A stretch of 39,790 bases of DNA, taken from positions 1 through 39,790 of the IMG/VR virus record IMGVR_UViG_3300038809_000039. One strand, written 5' to 3'. Position 1 is the stretch's first letter. Every line of letters begins with the position of its first letter. This DNA comes from a virus. Its lineage: Duplodnaviria > Caudoviricetes. The position numbers and the translations under genes are program-made. Shown one piece after another: positions 17,062 through 25,786 of the stretch. The notes under the pieces are model-generated. The model did no database searches. It had not been told where the DNA came from and saw only the letters and a program-made list of their open reading frames with translations.

Positions 17062-18270
17062 TTAGTCAGCCAGCGCGAAACGGCCCTTCACGAATGCGTA
17101 TTTCTTGCGAACCGCCAGGCCCAAACGTTCTTCAACGAGGATCGCACGCTGGTTTTTGATGAAGTCGTCGTTGATCATGCCGACCTTGATGGTGTAGCCC
17201 ATGCGGTCGTAGATCCGCGCACCCTGTTGGAACGAGCCGGTCAAAAACTCGCCGCCAGTGGTCGAGCCGTCGCCCTCGTCCATGCTGTCGGACGCAACCA
17301 CCGGACGACCCCAGAGAATCGGGGTAACCAAGCCCTGCAGGTTGGCGAAAAGGTAACGGTTGTCCGCATCCTTCTGCAGCTCGATGTTCATCCAGTCAAG
17401 ATCAGACATGACCACGGCGTCCGCTGGCAGCTTCGACTGCTTGCGCGCTTGGTAGATGGCCCGGCGCACGGTGTCGATCGCGGTGTCGCTCGCTTTGCTC
17501 AGCGCCGCATTGAAGACCGTCGCCTGGGTCATGATCCCATTCAGGTTATTGCCCGTGCCATCGCCCTTCAGGATCTGACCTTCACGCTTCAGCTCCAGGT
17601 CGTAACGCAGCAGTTCTTGGATGTAACTGTAGAGCTGCGGAACGTCGTCCAAGGCCTCGTCAGTGACCGGCATCCAGACGGCGATCTTCTTGATCGTGTC
17701 GGTCACCTGTTCAAAGGTCACGTTGCTGGTTGGCTTCGCGCCGCCTTCTGGGACCATACCAGCACCCAGCGTGTGGAGCAGTTCACGAAAGTAGGTGAAC
17801 GCCTGGCCGGTCACTGGGGTGGTGGGAATGAGGTCACGGATCAGCAGGTTCTGACGCGGCGCGCCTTGGATCACCGGGTCGTACTGCGGAGCCACCAGAC
17901 CGGCGCTCGTTACCTTGGTCTCGGCCATAGCGGCCATGTCGGACTTGGTGATCTCGATTTCGGCAGATGGCTGATTCTTCTGAGTCAACGCCTGGTACTT
18001 ATCGTTGCCCTTGACGAAGTCGATGAAACTTTTCTTCTCACCGGCGCCGTTGCGCAACTTCACGCCCTTTTCCTCTAGCTTCTGCACCTGCTCGATGACG
18101 CGCTCGATCTCGCCTTTCTGCTGCTCGATCTGCGATTTCATCTCAGTCGTGACGGTGTTGCCCTTTTGGAGCTCATCGGCGACGGCGTCGTATTTCTTTT
18201 GCAGCCCGCTGAAGCCATCCTTCAACTGGGCTTCGAGCGACTCTTTTACTTCTTTCACTGGATCGGTCAT
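17062..18270 (-). CDS. Major capsid protein, HK97 fold
   Basis: Coiled-coil delta domain followed by IRDLIP, VPEGGAKP, QILKGDGTG and AILVEERLGLAV. Confidence 0.95.
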   Translation of the reverse strand: MTDPVKEVKESLEAQLKDGFSGLQKKYDAVADELQKGNTVTTEMKSQIEQQKGEIERVIEQVQKLEEKGVKLRNGAGEKKSFIDFVKGNDKYQALTQKNQPSAEIEITKSDMAAMAETKVTSAGLVAPQYDPVIQGAPRQNLLIRDLIPTTPVTGQAFTYFRELLHTLGAGMVPEGGAKPTSNVTFEQVTDTIKKIAVWMPVTDEALDDVPQLYSYIQELLRYDLELKREGQILKGDGTGNNLNGIMTQATVFNAALSKASDTAIDTVRRAIYQARKQSKLPADAVVMSDLDWMNIELQKDADNRYLFANLQGLVTPILWGRPVVASDSMDEGDGSTTGGEFLTGSFQQGARIYDRMGYTIKVGMINDDFIKNQRAILVEERLGLAVRKKYAFVKGRFALAD

Positions 18271-18911
18271 GGCGACACCTTAAAAAATTGATCAAACGTT
18301 ACGGAGAGTTTTTTCAGCTCTTCCACGGTCGCCGTGGCCTCAGCGTCACCATCACGGTGCACTGCGGGATAGCCGAGCGAGGCGACTGCTGCCGCCTCCT
18401 TCTGGGAAAGCCCCATGCGATCGCGTAGGGCCTTCTCAAAAATTCTGATGTCCGACTTTACGTCGGTGACTGTTGCCTCTGGGTTCATGCCGAAGGGTAC
18501 TAACGAGGCCTCCCAGAGTTCTGCCTGCTTGATGATCCGGACGCTGCGGCCGTCGCGCTCCTCGTAAGCTGCGAGGATGGTGTTGAAGCCGATCGACATG
18601 CTGTCGAGCGTGCCTTCCTTCATGAGCTCGTAGGCGTCACGGGCGTAGCTGACCGCCAGATTGACCTTGCCCTTGATGTACAGGCCGTGGTCGTCTTGGG
18701 AGAAATCAGCCGATCCAACGAGTCGGGTCAGATCGTGGAACAACGCCAACTTCAAGCGCCCGGCGCGGGTGGTTTTCACCTTGGTGAATGCCCCCGGAAG
18801 AATTACGTCGTCGCCCAGGTCAATGTTGTTGAACACGGCGGCGTACCCCTCGAAGTTGCCGAGCTCATCGCTGGCTTTAACTTCAAAGGGGACTTCAATC
18901 TTGCTTAGCAT
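18267..18911 (-). CDS. HK97-family prohead protease
   Basis: FEGYAAVFNNIDLGDDVILPGAF, LFHD, MSIGF and LWEASLV. Start set at MLSKIE. Confidence 0.93.
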   Translation of the reverse strand: MLSKIEVPFEVKASDELGNFEGYAAVFNNIDLGDDVILPGAFTKVKTTRAGRLKLALFHDLTRLVGSADFSQDDHGLYIKGKVNLAVSYARDAYELMKEGTLDSMSIGFNTILAAYEERDGRSVRIIKQAELWEASLVPFGMNPEATVTDVKSDIRIFEKALRDRMGLSQKEAAAVASLGYPAVHRDGDAEATATVEELKKLSVTFDQFFKVSP

Positions 18912-20109
18912 TGGTCTGCATCTCCCACCGGGTGACCCGGTTATATTCATCACCAACCAGCGGAGGAAGGTTCTCTTTGTCGCGAACTTCAGCGATCGTC
19001 ATCCAGCCAGATCCGTTGGATCCACCGAGAGCGGCCTGGTAGTAGGCAGCACGGGCGGCGCTATCACCTCGCAAAATCCCCTCAACAACAAACTCGACGA
19101 ATTGATTCGTTCCACTGAACAGCTTGTCGTTTAGTTCGTCTTCGATTGTTCGGATGTAGGGGCTCAGACCGAACCTGACGAAGCCGCTGGTTTGCTGCTC
19201 CAGGTTCGAACCCATGATCGACGTCTTGCCGGCGCGGTTGGCCAGATAGAGCGGCACGCCCCAGATACCGGCCAAGGCCTCTTCCTGAAATTGCTGGGAT
19301 TCGATGAACTGGCTGTCTTTCTGCGTCATCCCGGCAGGAACGATTTTCGGGCCGCCCTGGAGGAGGCCCATTTTCCCGATGTCCTCGACGTCGCCATCCC
19401 GGATTTTCGGGAATTTGGCGAGGACCTGGCTTTGCTGCTCTTCGGTCAGGAAGTTGTCGTAGATGACGTAGCCACCGGTAAATCCGCCTTTGCGCATAAA
19501 CCGGGAGGACCAGCTCTGAGCCGCCTTGGCCAAGCCCATCGCTTCCTTCTGGAATTCAACCGGTGATAAGCCGTTGATACCGTCAGCGCTGAAGATTTTG
19601 AAATGCAGCATGAACTCGGGCGAAACCGGGAACTGCGAACCGTTTGGCGGCGTCACCCAGTAGATAAGGTCGTCATCGGTGTTGACCTCCACCGAGTCAG
19701 CGTTGAGCGGTATCAGACCAATGAACTCGCCCTCGTCATTCCGCTCGATGAGAGCAAAGGCGTTACCGCGAAGAGCCATGTTGACGATGATTGCTTTGAT
19801 GAAGTTGAGCATCGTCATGTACGGGTTGGGCTTGCCCAAAAGCCGCGCGGCCCGCGCGTTTCCCTTCGCCAGAACTCGCCCCGTCGGCAGGTCTTCGTAC
19901 AGTTTGAGCGGTAGCCCTGAGACTGTTTCACTCAGAATCTTGATGCAGGACCAGACGATCGGGATGGCCATCGCTTTTTTTGGCGTGATCACCTCACCAG
20001 ATCGCGTCTCGCCGCCCAGGTCGGTATTTACCTCAACGTATTGCCCTGTCTTCGGATCATTGAAGCCGAAGAAGCTCCAGCTCATCGGGTTGTACCAGCG
20101 AGAAGCCAT
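18895..20109 (-). CDS. Portal protein, HK97 family
   Basis: VWSCIKILSETVSGLPL, PNPYMT, GNAFA, GLSP and EVRDKENLPP. Start set at MASRWY. Confidence 0.93.
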   Translation of the reverse strand: MASRWYNPMSWSFFGFNDPKTGQYVEVNTDLGGETRSGEVITPKKAMAIPIVWSCIKILSETVSGLPLKLYEDLPTGRVLAKGNARAARLLGKPNPYMTMLNFIKAIIVNMALRGNAFALIERNDEGEFIGLIPLNADSVEVNTDDDLIYWVTPPNGSQFPVSPEFMLHFKIFSADGINGLSPVEFQKEAMGLAKAAQSWSSRFMRKGGFTGGYVIYDNFLTEEQQSQVLAKFPKIRDGDVEDIGKMGLLQGGPKIVPAGMTQKDSQFIESQQFQEEALAGIWGVPLYLANRAGKTSIMGSNLEQQTSGFVRFGLSPYIRTIEDELNDKLFSGTNQFVEFVVEGILRGDSAARAAYYQAALGGSNGSGWMTIAEVRDKENLPPLVGDEYNRVTRWEMQTNAKQD

Positions 20110-20116
20110 ATTTTGC

Positions 20117-21655
20117 CTATAGAAGTCCGGAGAATCCGTGTTTGAGGTAATCGTTGATGTCGCCCCGGTCGTCTTCGGGCGGCGCGCCGCTGTTGGCAGC
20201 TGATACAGCCATCGCCAACGCAACCATGCCGTCGATACGTCCGGTGGTTTTGGCTTTGGTGAATTTGCGACCGCCGGCTGCATCAGTGACTGCCACAGCG
20301 TTGAATGAGCACATCGTCAGCACCGGATGCATGCCGTGCCGCAGCTTTTTGCCGAGCAGTTGCGACTCAAGCTCGCGCAGGGCCGGCGACATACTTTGAA
20401 AGCCCTGGCCGAACTCCTGAAACCTGGTCAATTCCTCTTCAGAGAAGCCCGATCTGATCAGGCATGGCCTCAGAAAACGCATGTTGTATCGGTCGAAATT
20501 GATCAGTTGAACGTCATAACGGTCGAAGACACCTCGGAGATGCTCAGCAACAAAGTCGTACTCAATCGAACGCCCGGGGCAGGTTTCGAGATGGCCATCT
20601 CGTGCCCATTGGTCGTATGGCACCCGATCGTTGCGCGACTTCTCAGCCAGGCCCTCTTCGGGAAGCCAGAAAGTGGACTCGACGTCGCCGGCATCGCCAA
20701 CCAGCACCAGCGCGGTCAAGTCGCTGACGGCCGAGAGGTCAAGGCCGCCGTACACAGCGCGGCCTTTCAGCGAATCCGGCTTGCCTCCGTTCTCTTGCCA
20801 GATCGACCTGTTCACAAACGGGCTCCGCGCCTCAACTCGCTGGTTGAGAATCAGGTTTCGGTAAGCAGGTTCGCGACTGGGCAGCCGCTTGGCATCAGAC
20901 GCCTGGCGGAAGACCTCAGCCTTGTTCATGAAGTCATCAAAATGCGGGTTCGCGGCCCGGATGGCCTCTTCGCTGAAGGGGTCCAGATCCAGCGGAGCGG
21001 TGCAGATTTCCACTTTGTTGCGCGGGTCGGCGCCCGAAAGCGCGTCATCGATCAGTAAGCTGAGAAGATCTGCGTCGGTCGGTGCCTGAGTGCTGATGAT
21101 GATCGAGAGCGGATCTTCCTGCGCCGCACTGGCGGTCTCCAGCGCTTCGAACAGCTGCGAGCGTGGCCCAATCACCTGGCCCAGTTCGTCGTGGATCACC
21201 AAGGCCGGACTGAGGCCGAATTTCGTGGCGGCGTCGGCGCTGAGCGCCTTGTAAAAGGTGCCCAACTCACCGCAAAGCAGCTCTTTTGCCGTGTCGCGGA
21301 TGTTCACGTAGGCCGAAAGGCTCGCGCTCATGCGCACGACCTTCGCCGCCAGCTCAAAGAGAATGGCCGCCTGGTCCCTCGATTGCGCGGCGCTGTACAG
21401 CTGGGAGTTCGCCCGGGCCTCTGGACCACACAGGTGCAGCAGCAGAATGAACGCCGACAGCGCCGTTTTAGCGTTCTTGCGTGCCATCGACAGGATGAAC
21501 GTCCGCGTCGGCGTGTCGTAGATCCGCTTCAGCCAGCCTTTCTGGTGCTTTGTCAGCCTGACCGGTTTGCCGACCATCTTCCCTTCAGGGATGCAGCAGA
21601 ACGCCTCGATCCATTGAATATTCCGCTCGCCACGGGTCAGTTTTCGACCTGCCAT
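20117..21655 (-). CDS. terL: Terminase large subunit
   Basis: Walker A variant MARKNAKT, Walker B LVIHDELG, IISTQ coupling motif, GLDLS nuclease motif and RIDGMVA. Confidence 0.95.
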   Translation of the reverse strand: MAGRKLTRGERNIQWIEAFCCIPEGKMVGKPVRLTKHQKGWLKRIYDTPTRTFILSMARKNAKTALSAFILLLHLCGPEARANSQLYSAAQSRDQAAILFELAAKVVRMSASLSAYVNIRDTAKELLCGELGTFYKALSADAATKFGLSPALVIHDELGQVIGPRSQLFEALETASAAQEDPLSIIISTQAPTDADLLSLLIDDALSGADPRNKVEICTAPLDLDPFSEEAIRAANPHFDDFMNKAEVFRQASDAKRLPSREPAYRNLILNQRVEARSPFVNRSIWQENGGKPDSLKGRAVYGGLDLSAVSDLTALVLVGDAGDVESTFWLPEEGLAEKSRNDRVPYDQWARDGHLETCPGRSIEYDFVAEHLRGVFDRYDVQLINFDRYNMRFLRPCLIRSGFSEEELTRFQEFGQGFQSMSPALRELESQLLGKKLRHGMHPVLTMCSFNAVAVTDAAGGRKFTKAKTTGRIDGMVALAMAVSAANSGAPPEDDRGDINDYLKHGFSGLL

Positions 21656-22056
21656 GGCTTACGTTCCTTCTGTGAATCAACTGCCTTATCCGCGCGGACC
21701 AAGCTCTGCTGAGTGAGGCGCATCGAGCGCAGCAATGCGTTCAAGGTTCGCGTCTCTCGCTCAACCATGCCGCTCAATTTGTCATAACGCTTCAGACCTT
21801 CGTCATCGGCGAGCCAGGCTGGGTCGAACTGCTCGAGTTGGTCGGCGAGAATGTCTGCCTGGACTTTGTGTCGGCAGTACTGAACCAGGAGCGCTGCGTT
21901 TTCTGGACCAAACCAGTCTGCCGGACGCGCATTGATGACGGTCACCCACGCTGCTTTCTGCGCCGCAGTCATGCCGGCGGGCGGTGCCAACCTTGAGTCG
22001 ACCCCGACGTGAGCAACCTGCATCGAGGCAACCGATTTTCTGCCTCGGGCTGCCAT
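21637..22056 (-). CDS. terS: Terminase small subunit
   Basis: MAARGRKS N-terminus, PP...W, LVQYC and MRLT motifs. Directly precedes terL. Confidence 0.8.
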   Translation of the reverse strand: MAARGRKSVASMQVAHVGVDSRLAPPAGMTAAQKAAWVTVINARPADWFGPENAALLVQYCRHKVQADILADQLEQFDPAWLADDEGLKRYDKLSGMVERETRTLNALLRSMRLTQQSLVRADKAVDSQKERKPWQVEN

Positions 22057-22079
22057 GATTTTTTTCCTAAAAAACTACG

Positions 22080-22150
22080 GATTAATGAAAGGAAAGGGCG
22101 AGGGCCGATTTCCGGCTCGACGAGTTCTCATATTTTCGCCCCCCCCTACC
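22080..22150 (-). other. Probable cos region
   Basis: Non-coding gap between HNH and terS with a G-run (GGGGGGGCGAAAA) and a GC-rich core (CGGCCCTCGCCC). This is the usual position of cos in HK97-like phages; the exact overhang is not determinable. Confidence 0.45.
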
Positions 22151-22198
22151 CTCAAGCCCGAAACGCCCTGAAATGGTGCGCGAAAACAGGATCGTTTT

Positions 22199-22522
22199 TC
22201 ATTCGGTGGGGTAACCGTCTGGCCCGATCGTCGGGCGGTGTACGTAGCCGAGGTCGGTGGCCGTCTTTTTCTCGTGGCAGCCGTTGACGCCATTGCAGAG
22301 CACCTGGCAGTTCGCTTCAGTATCTTCCCCACCCTTGAACAGAGGCACGGTGTGGTCAAGCTCAAAGCCAGAGGGGTATGCAGTCAGCCTTCGGCACATC
22401 GCGCAGCAGGGGTCTTTTGTCCACACGCTCAAGCGGCGCTTCTGCAGCGCCCTTCCCGACATACGTTTGCTGGTGTCGTAACGCTTGGCCTTGACCGTGA
22501 ACGATCGATTGTCAGTACCCAT
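22199..22522 (-). CDS. Packaging-associated HNH endonuclease (HK97 gp74-like)
   Basis: CAMC...ELDHTVPLFKGG...NCQVLC...CHEKKT, adjacent to terS. Confidence 0.9.
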   Translation of the reverse strand: MGTDNRSFTVKAKRYDTSKRMSGRALQKRRLSVWTKDPCCAMCRRLTAYPSGFELDHTVPLFKGGEDTEANCQVLCNGVNGCHEKKTATDLGYVHRPTIGPDGYPTE

Positions 22523-22533
22523 GGCGCTCAGTC

Positions 22534-23028
22534 TCAGACGCTCGCCGGTTCAACGCTCTTCAACTGCGCGGACAACAGCGCCTCAAGGTGTGCGCTCATG
22601 CGCTTGTACACCGGGCTTAATGGGACATCCCCACTCAGCATCATGCTGATTTGCGCCAAGTGTTCACGCTCATCGCGCAACACGCGGGCCGTCGACTCAA
22701 TGGCCTGCTCAAGTGGATCAAGCATGAAGCGCATCGCCGCGCCCTGAATAGCGGGAGACTCTTCAATGTGGTCAACCCTCGGGAGTGTGCGCCGCGCTCC
22801 GACCTCAAGAGAACCGCAGCCGCCCTCCTCACGCAGATTGAAGATGGTTTCGGCGATACGAGGCTTGGTGGGCTGGTGGCCCAGGTTCTTTTCCAACGAC
22901 AGCTCATGCGACGTGATCTGAGCGTGCATGCCGTATTCGTTTTGTAGCGCCTTCGACAACACTTTCAGGACATGGGACTTGCCAGAGCCTGTCGCGCCCA
23001 TCACAACAATCTCGATTACTTGGGTCAT
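22534..23028 (-). CDS. Hypothetical protein with N-terminal P-loop
   Basis: IVVMGATGSGKS Walker A motif. Start could be 23028 or 23037. Confidence 0.65.
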   Translation of the reverse strand: MTQVIEIVVMGATGSGKSHVLKVLSKALQNEYGMHAQITSHELSLEKNLGHQPTKPRIAETIFNLREEGGCGSLEVGARRTLPRVDHIEESPAIQGAAMRFMLDPLEQAIESTARVLRDEREHLAQISMMLSGDVPLSPVYKRMSAHLEALLSAQLKSVEPASV

Positions 23029-23233
23029 GGGATTCACTCAACTGTGCAGGTCGGCCAGATGCACCGAGCCACGGCCAGCGCGCCTGCGCGGTCGTGGTCT
23101 TCCTGCATGGTTATGGGGAATGGTGGATCGCCGGGAACAGCGACATAGAAAGCGAGTTATCTTCCAGTGCTCGCCGCATTCTGGGATGTGTTACAAGTGG
23201 CGATGCGCTATCGCATGACCGTTTCATTACCGA

Positions 23234-23485
23234 GTGGCTGGAATGCTCGATCTAACCAACGAAAACCGCGCCTCCCTACTGCGTCGGTTCGCTATTACGC
23301 AAGATGCGCAAGGCCTAGATATCTTCGTCGGACTTACGCATGAAGAATCAAAGCGGTATCAGCTGCTCAGCGATCCGTGGCGAGAGAACAACCTTCGGGA
23401 CGCTGCGGAGTTTCTTTTGCTGGACAAGAAACATGACCTTGCGATGAGCGAGGCAGCCGCTTGGCGGCGCGACCACGGCCTGTGA
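23234..23485 (+). CDS. Antisense moron, hypothetical protein
   Basis: 83-aa ORF opposite to the late operon and convergent with the o-spanin. Confidence 0.55.
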   Translation: MAGMLDLTNENRASLLRRFAITQDAQGLDIFVGLTHEESKRYQLLSDPWRENNLRDAAEFLLLDKKHDLAMSEAAAWRRDHGL

Positions 23486-23492
23486 GAGCGTT

Positions 23493-23765
23493 TTACTTGC
23501 TCTTACTGCGCAGGATCTGCGCGTCGACCTGATCGGCGCATGTGTCGAGCAGGTTGATGGCCCGATCTTTCAACGCCCAAAGGTCGCCGTTCAGTGCCAG
23601 ATCATCATCAGTGGTGGTGATGCGCTCGCAGGGGACCAGCTCAGGGGGTTCGAGCCTTACCGTTTTTGTCTTTACCGGTGCTGGCGGGTTTCCCCCGCAG
23701 GCCGTCAGGCAAAGGCTGATCAGCCCACTTACGAACAGCCGGGCTCTTGCGCTTGAGGTCTTCAA
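23493..23765 (-). CDS. Outer-membrane spanin (Rz1/LysC-like lipoprotein)
   Basis: Lipobox LTAC, Pro-rich segment and extra Cys residues. Overlaps the 3' end of the i-spanin. Confidence 0.8.
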   Translation of the reverse strand: MKTSSARARLFVSGLISLCLTACGGNPPAPVKTKTVRLEPPELVPCERITTTDDDLALNGDLWALKDRAINLLDTCADQVDAQILRSKSK

Positions 23766-24036
23766 AGTCTTTCCTCGCCTTTTGTGCTTTCTGCTCGCTG
23801 ACCTTGAGCCGCTTATCCAGATCGATTTGGTAAGCCTTATTGCGCTCTATCTCGGCGCGAAGCGTGGTGATTGTTGCCTGGCTTTCGACGTTGGCAGCGA
23901 GCGCATCGGCCTTCGCCTTTGTCTCGATGGCTACCTCACCGCGCAGCGCGATCACTCGGTCCTGCTGGATGCCAACCAGAAGCGCGCCGATCAAGAAGAT
24001 GATGATGGCAAGTGCGATTGCTTTAAGTGTGGTCAT
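23641..24036 (-). CDS. Inner-membrane spanin (Rz/LysB-like)
   Basis: N-terminal TM, coiled coil and C-terminal VRKWADQPLPD. Confidence 0.82.
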   Translation of the reverse strand: MTTLKAIALAIIIFLIGALLVGIQQDRVIALRGEVAIETKAKADALAANVESQATITTLRAEIERNKAYQIDLDKRLKVSEQKAQKARKDFEDLKRKSPAVRKWADQPLPDGLRGKPASTGKDKNGKARTP

Positions 24037-24359
24037 GCTGAGTCCGCCTTGCGACCGAGGAACTTGATGATCAGCTCACGAATGGCAGTCACACCGATGA
24101 ATCCGATGGTGCCGCCGGCCGCTACAGAAAGGCTGGACGGCCAGGCCATCCACTCGATAACGCTGCTTGCAGACAGGCTGAGGGCGCCGCAGATCAGCGC
24201 TTCAAGCACGACTCGCCACTTGTTCGCTTCCTTGCCTTCGTACAGCACGCGAAGCAGAGATATGGTTGCGGCCATGATCGCTCCTTGCCAGAGCGGGTTC
24301 GAAAGGACAAGCCAGACCTGCGCCCAGAAGTCAGGTGATTTTTCAGGCATCGTCGACAT
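24033..24359 (-). CDS. Lambda-family holin with two possible starts (24359, 24350)
   Basis: MPEKSPDFW, LEALICGAL, GGTIGFIGV and a basic C-terminus; three TM segments. Confidence 0.9.
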   Translation of the reverse strand: MSTMPEKSPDFWAQVWLVLSNPLWQGAIMAATISLLRVLYEGKEANKWRVVLEALICGALSLSASSVIEWMAWPSSLSVAAGGTIGFIGVTAIRELIIKFLGRKADSA

Positions 24360-24441
24360 CCGACAGTCCACCCTTTCGGGATCGGAAATGAATCAGCCCC
24401 GCAGCACTCCCAGCTCGGAGCGATGGGTGTGGCGGGGCTGA
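24359..24441 (-). promoter_or_regulatory. Structured holin translation-initiation region
   Basis: Hairpin TCAGCCCCGC/GCGGGGCTGA (24441-24393), then TCCGAT-CCC-GAAA-GGG...GTCGGA, which encloses the RBS and the A of the first ATG. Confidence 0.5.
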
Positions 24442-24552
24442 AAACGAGAACGCCCCGGCAAATGCCGAGGCTCCTATAAATATGGTTCTTTGATACCGCC
24501 GCTAACCGTAGGATGGCCTAGAACGGTCCCGCGATCGAAAGGAAGCATCACA

Positions 24553-24786
24553 ATGCACATGACCAACCGCAGCGCAGTTGCTCGCGCGCGCTCGATGATC
24601 GAAGTGATACGTCGCAGCCTGGTGCCAGGACTGGCAGAACGAAACAAAGTGATGGCTGACGGTTATATAGAATCCCTCTTCGACTGCGGCCTCATTGAGC
24701 GCACACAGTACGAAGACCTGAAAGCCGAAGCTGAGCTCGCATTAACCGCTTGGAGCCTTGATCCACCTCATGAAAAGCATCTTTAA
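24553..24786 (+). CDS. Antisense moron, hypothetical protein
   Basis: AAGGAAG RBS; ADGYIESLFDCGLI...YEDL helical pattern. Confidence 0.6.
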   Translation: MHMTNRSAVARARSMIEVIRRSLVPGLAERNKVMADGYIESLFDCGLIERTQYEDLKAEAELALTAWSLDPPHEKHL

Positions 24787-24881
24787 ATACAACACAGATG
24801 TAGAACCACTGGAGGACTCGCTCGGAATTTTTTGCCGTCGCGCCAATCAGTTATGGTGACCAATGCCAAGGAGACGGGATC

Positions 24882-25106
24882 ATGGCGCAGGATAAGCACT
24901 ATCGAATCGACTACCTAGTGGATGGCTCTTACAAGACCTTCTACATCCGATCCGCGAAGATGGATAACGCAGAGGCTTGGCATTGGGCGACCGTAGATGC
25001 GGGGTTTGGCGAAATACCAAAGTACCGGAGCGACCCGATCAACAGGCTAAGCCGGCCAAAGGCTGAACGCCTCGGCATAACAAATGTTGAGTGGGCCGAG
25101 GCTTGA
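24882..25106 (+). CDS. Antisense moron, small Pseudomonas-type protein (DUF6555-like)
   Basis: AAGGAG RBS; YRIDY...FYIRS..MDNAEAWHWA..DAG...AERLGITNVEW. Confidence 0.7.
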   Translation: MAQDKHYRIDYLVDGSYKTFYIRSAKMDNAEAWHWATVDAGFGEIPKYRSDPINRLSRPKAERLGITNVEWAEA

Positions 25107-25107
25107 A

Positions 25108-25255
25108 GTTGATGTCTCTCCATCAGTCCGCCGATGCCGCCCGTATTGCACACTTGGAGTCGGGCCCATCAGCTGCCGGTGTTCTTTCGAAACGCGTGAC
25201 TGACCGGCTATACCGCGTCCAGGCCCTCCCCGTAGGGCCACCCCGGCTATGGTCT
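25108..25255 (-). ncRNA. Candidate structured ncRNA with H-type pseudoknot
   Basis: Consecutive helices: GGCCCT/AGGGCC; pseudoknot GACGCG/CGCGTT crossing GCCGGT/ACCGGC; GCTGATG/CATCGGC enclosing GCCCG/CGGGC; TGATG-GAGAGA-CATCA. Confidence 0.6.
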
Positions 25256-25268
25256 CACCCAACAAAAC

Positions 25269-25297
25269 AAAAAACCCCGGCACTAGGCCGGGGCTTT
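25269..25297 (-). terminator. Terminator after membrane moron 25314-25682
   Basis: AAAAAACCCCGGC-actag-GCCGGGG. Confidence 0.7.
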
Positions 25298-25313
25298 AAA
25301 CATCTCGATAGCT

Positions 25314-25682
25314 TCAGTCTGCGGTAGCTCGGCTATTACGCCAGAAGAGATACGCCAGACCCACTGGAGCCACGAAAATTGCCATGGTCCAGCAGAGCGT
25401 CATGGTGATCGCCTTCACGAAAAGCATCACCACTGCGTTAACGAAAAACACGTTGTTGCCCATCACGTAGCCGACGACGCTTTCGTAGACGAAGCGCGAG
25501 TACGGATAAAGCAGCGTGTTTACTACTGCGTAAAAAACCAGTCCTGGCTTGATGGATTGTCCGCCGTGAGCGCTACCCACCACCCAAAAAATAAGCGCGG
25601 AGAACGCAGCTCCGAACAAGAACTGCCGAATGTAGTAGCTGCGACTAAGTCCACCGAAAGACTTGGCGAAAAATGACTGCAT
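25314..25682 (-). CDS. Membrane protein moron (about 3 TM)
   Basis: Hydrophobic segments, YYIRQFLFG and NTLLYPYSRFVYES motifs, GAGGG RBS and own terminator. Confidence 0.75.
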   Translation of the reverse strand: MQSFFAKSFGGLSRSYYIRQFLFGAAFSALIFWVVGSAHGGQSIKPGLVFYAVVNTLLYPYSRFVYESVVGYVMGNNVFFVNAVVMLFVKAITMTLCWTMAIFVAPVGLAYLFWRNSRATAD

Positions 25683-25786
25683 AAGATCCCTCTTAAAGGC
25701 TTGATTTAGAGGGGCGCAAACATATCAGCAAGCTCGGTTACGATCCATATCTAAGCCAGAAACCGCGCCTAAGGTCGAAGTCACGT

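Noticed and set aside
13127-18078. Long plus-strand ORFs (13127-14299, 13969-15186, 16609-18078)
   Set aside because: Antisense to well-supported structural genes; typical GC-rich shadow frames.
25170-25225. HDV-like/theta ribozyme assignment for the pseudoknot RNA
   Set aside because: Only 6 nt separate the second 5' strand from the first 3' strand, too short for the P3/L3 and P1.1 elements. Twister and pistol consensus cores were also not evident.
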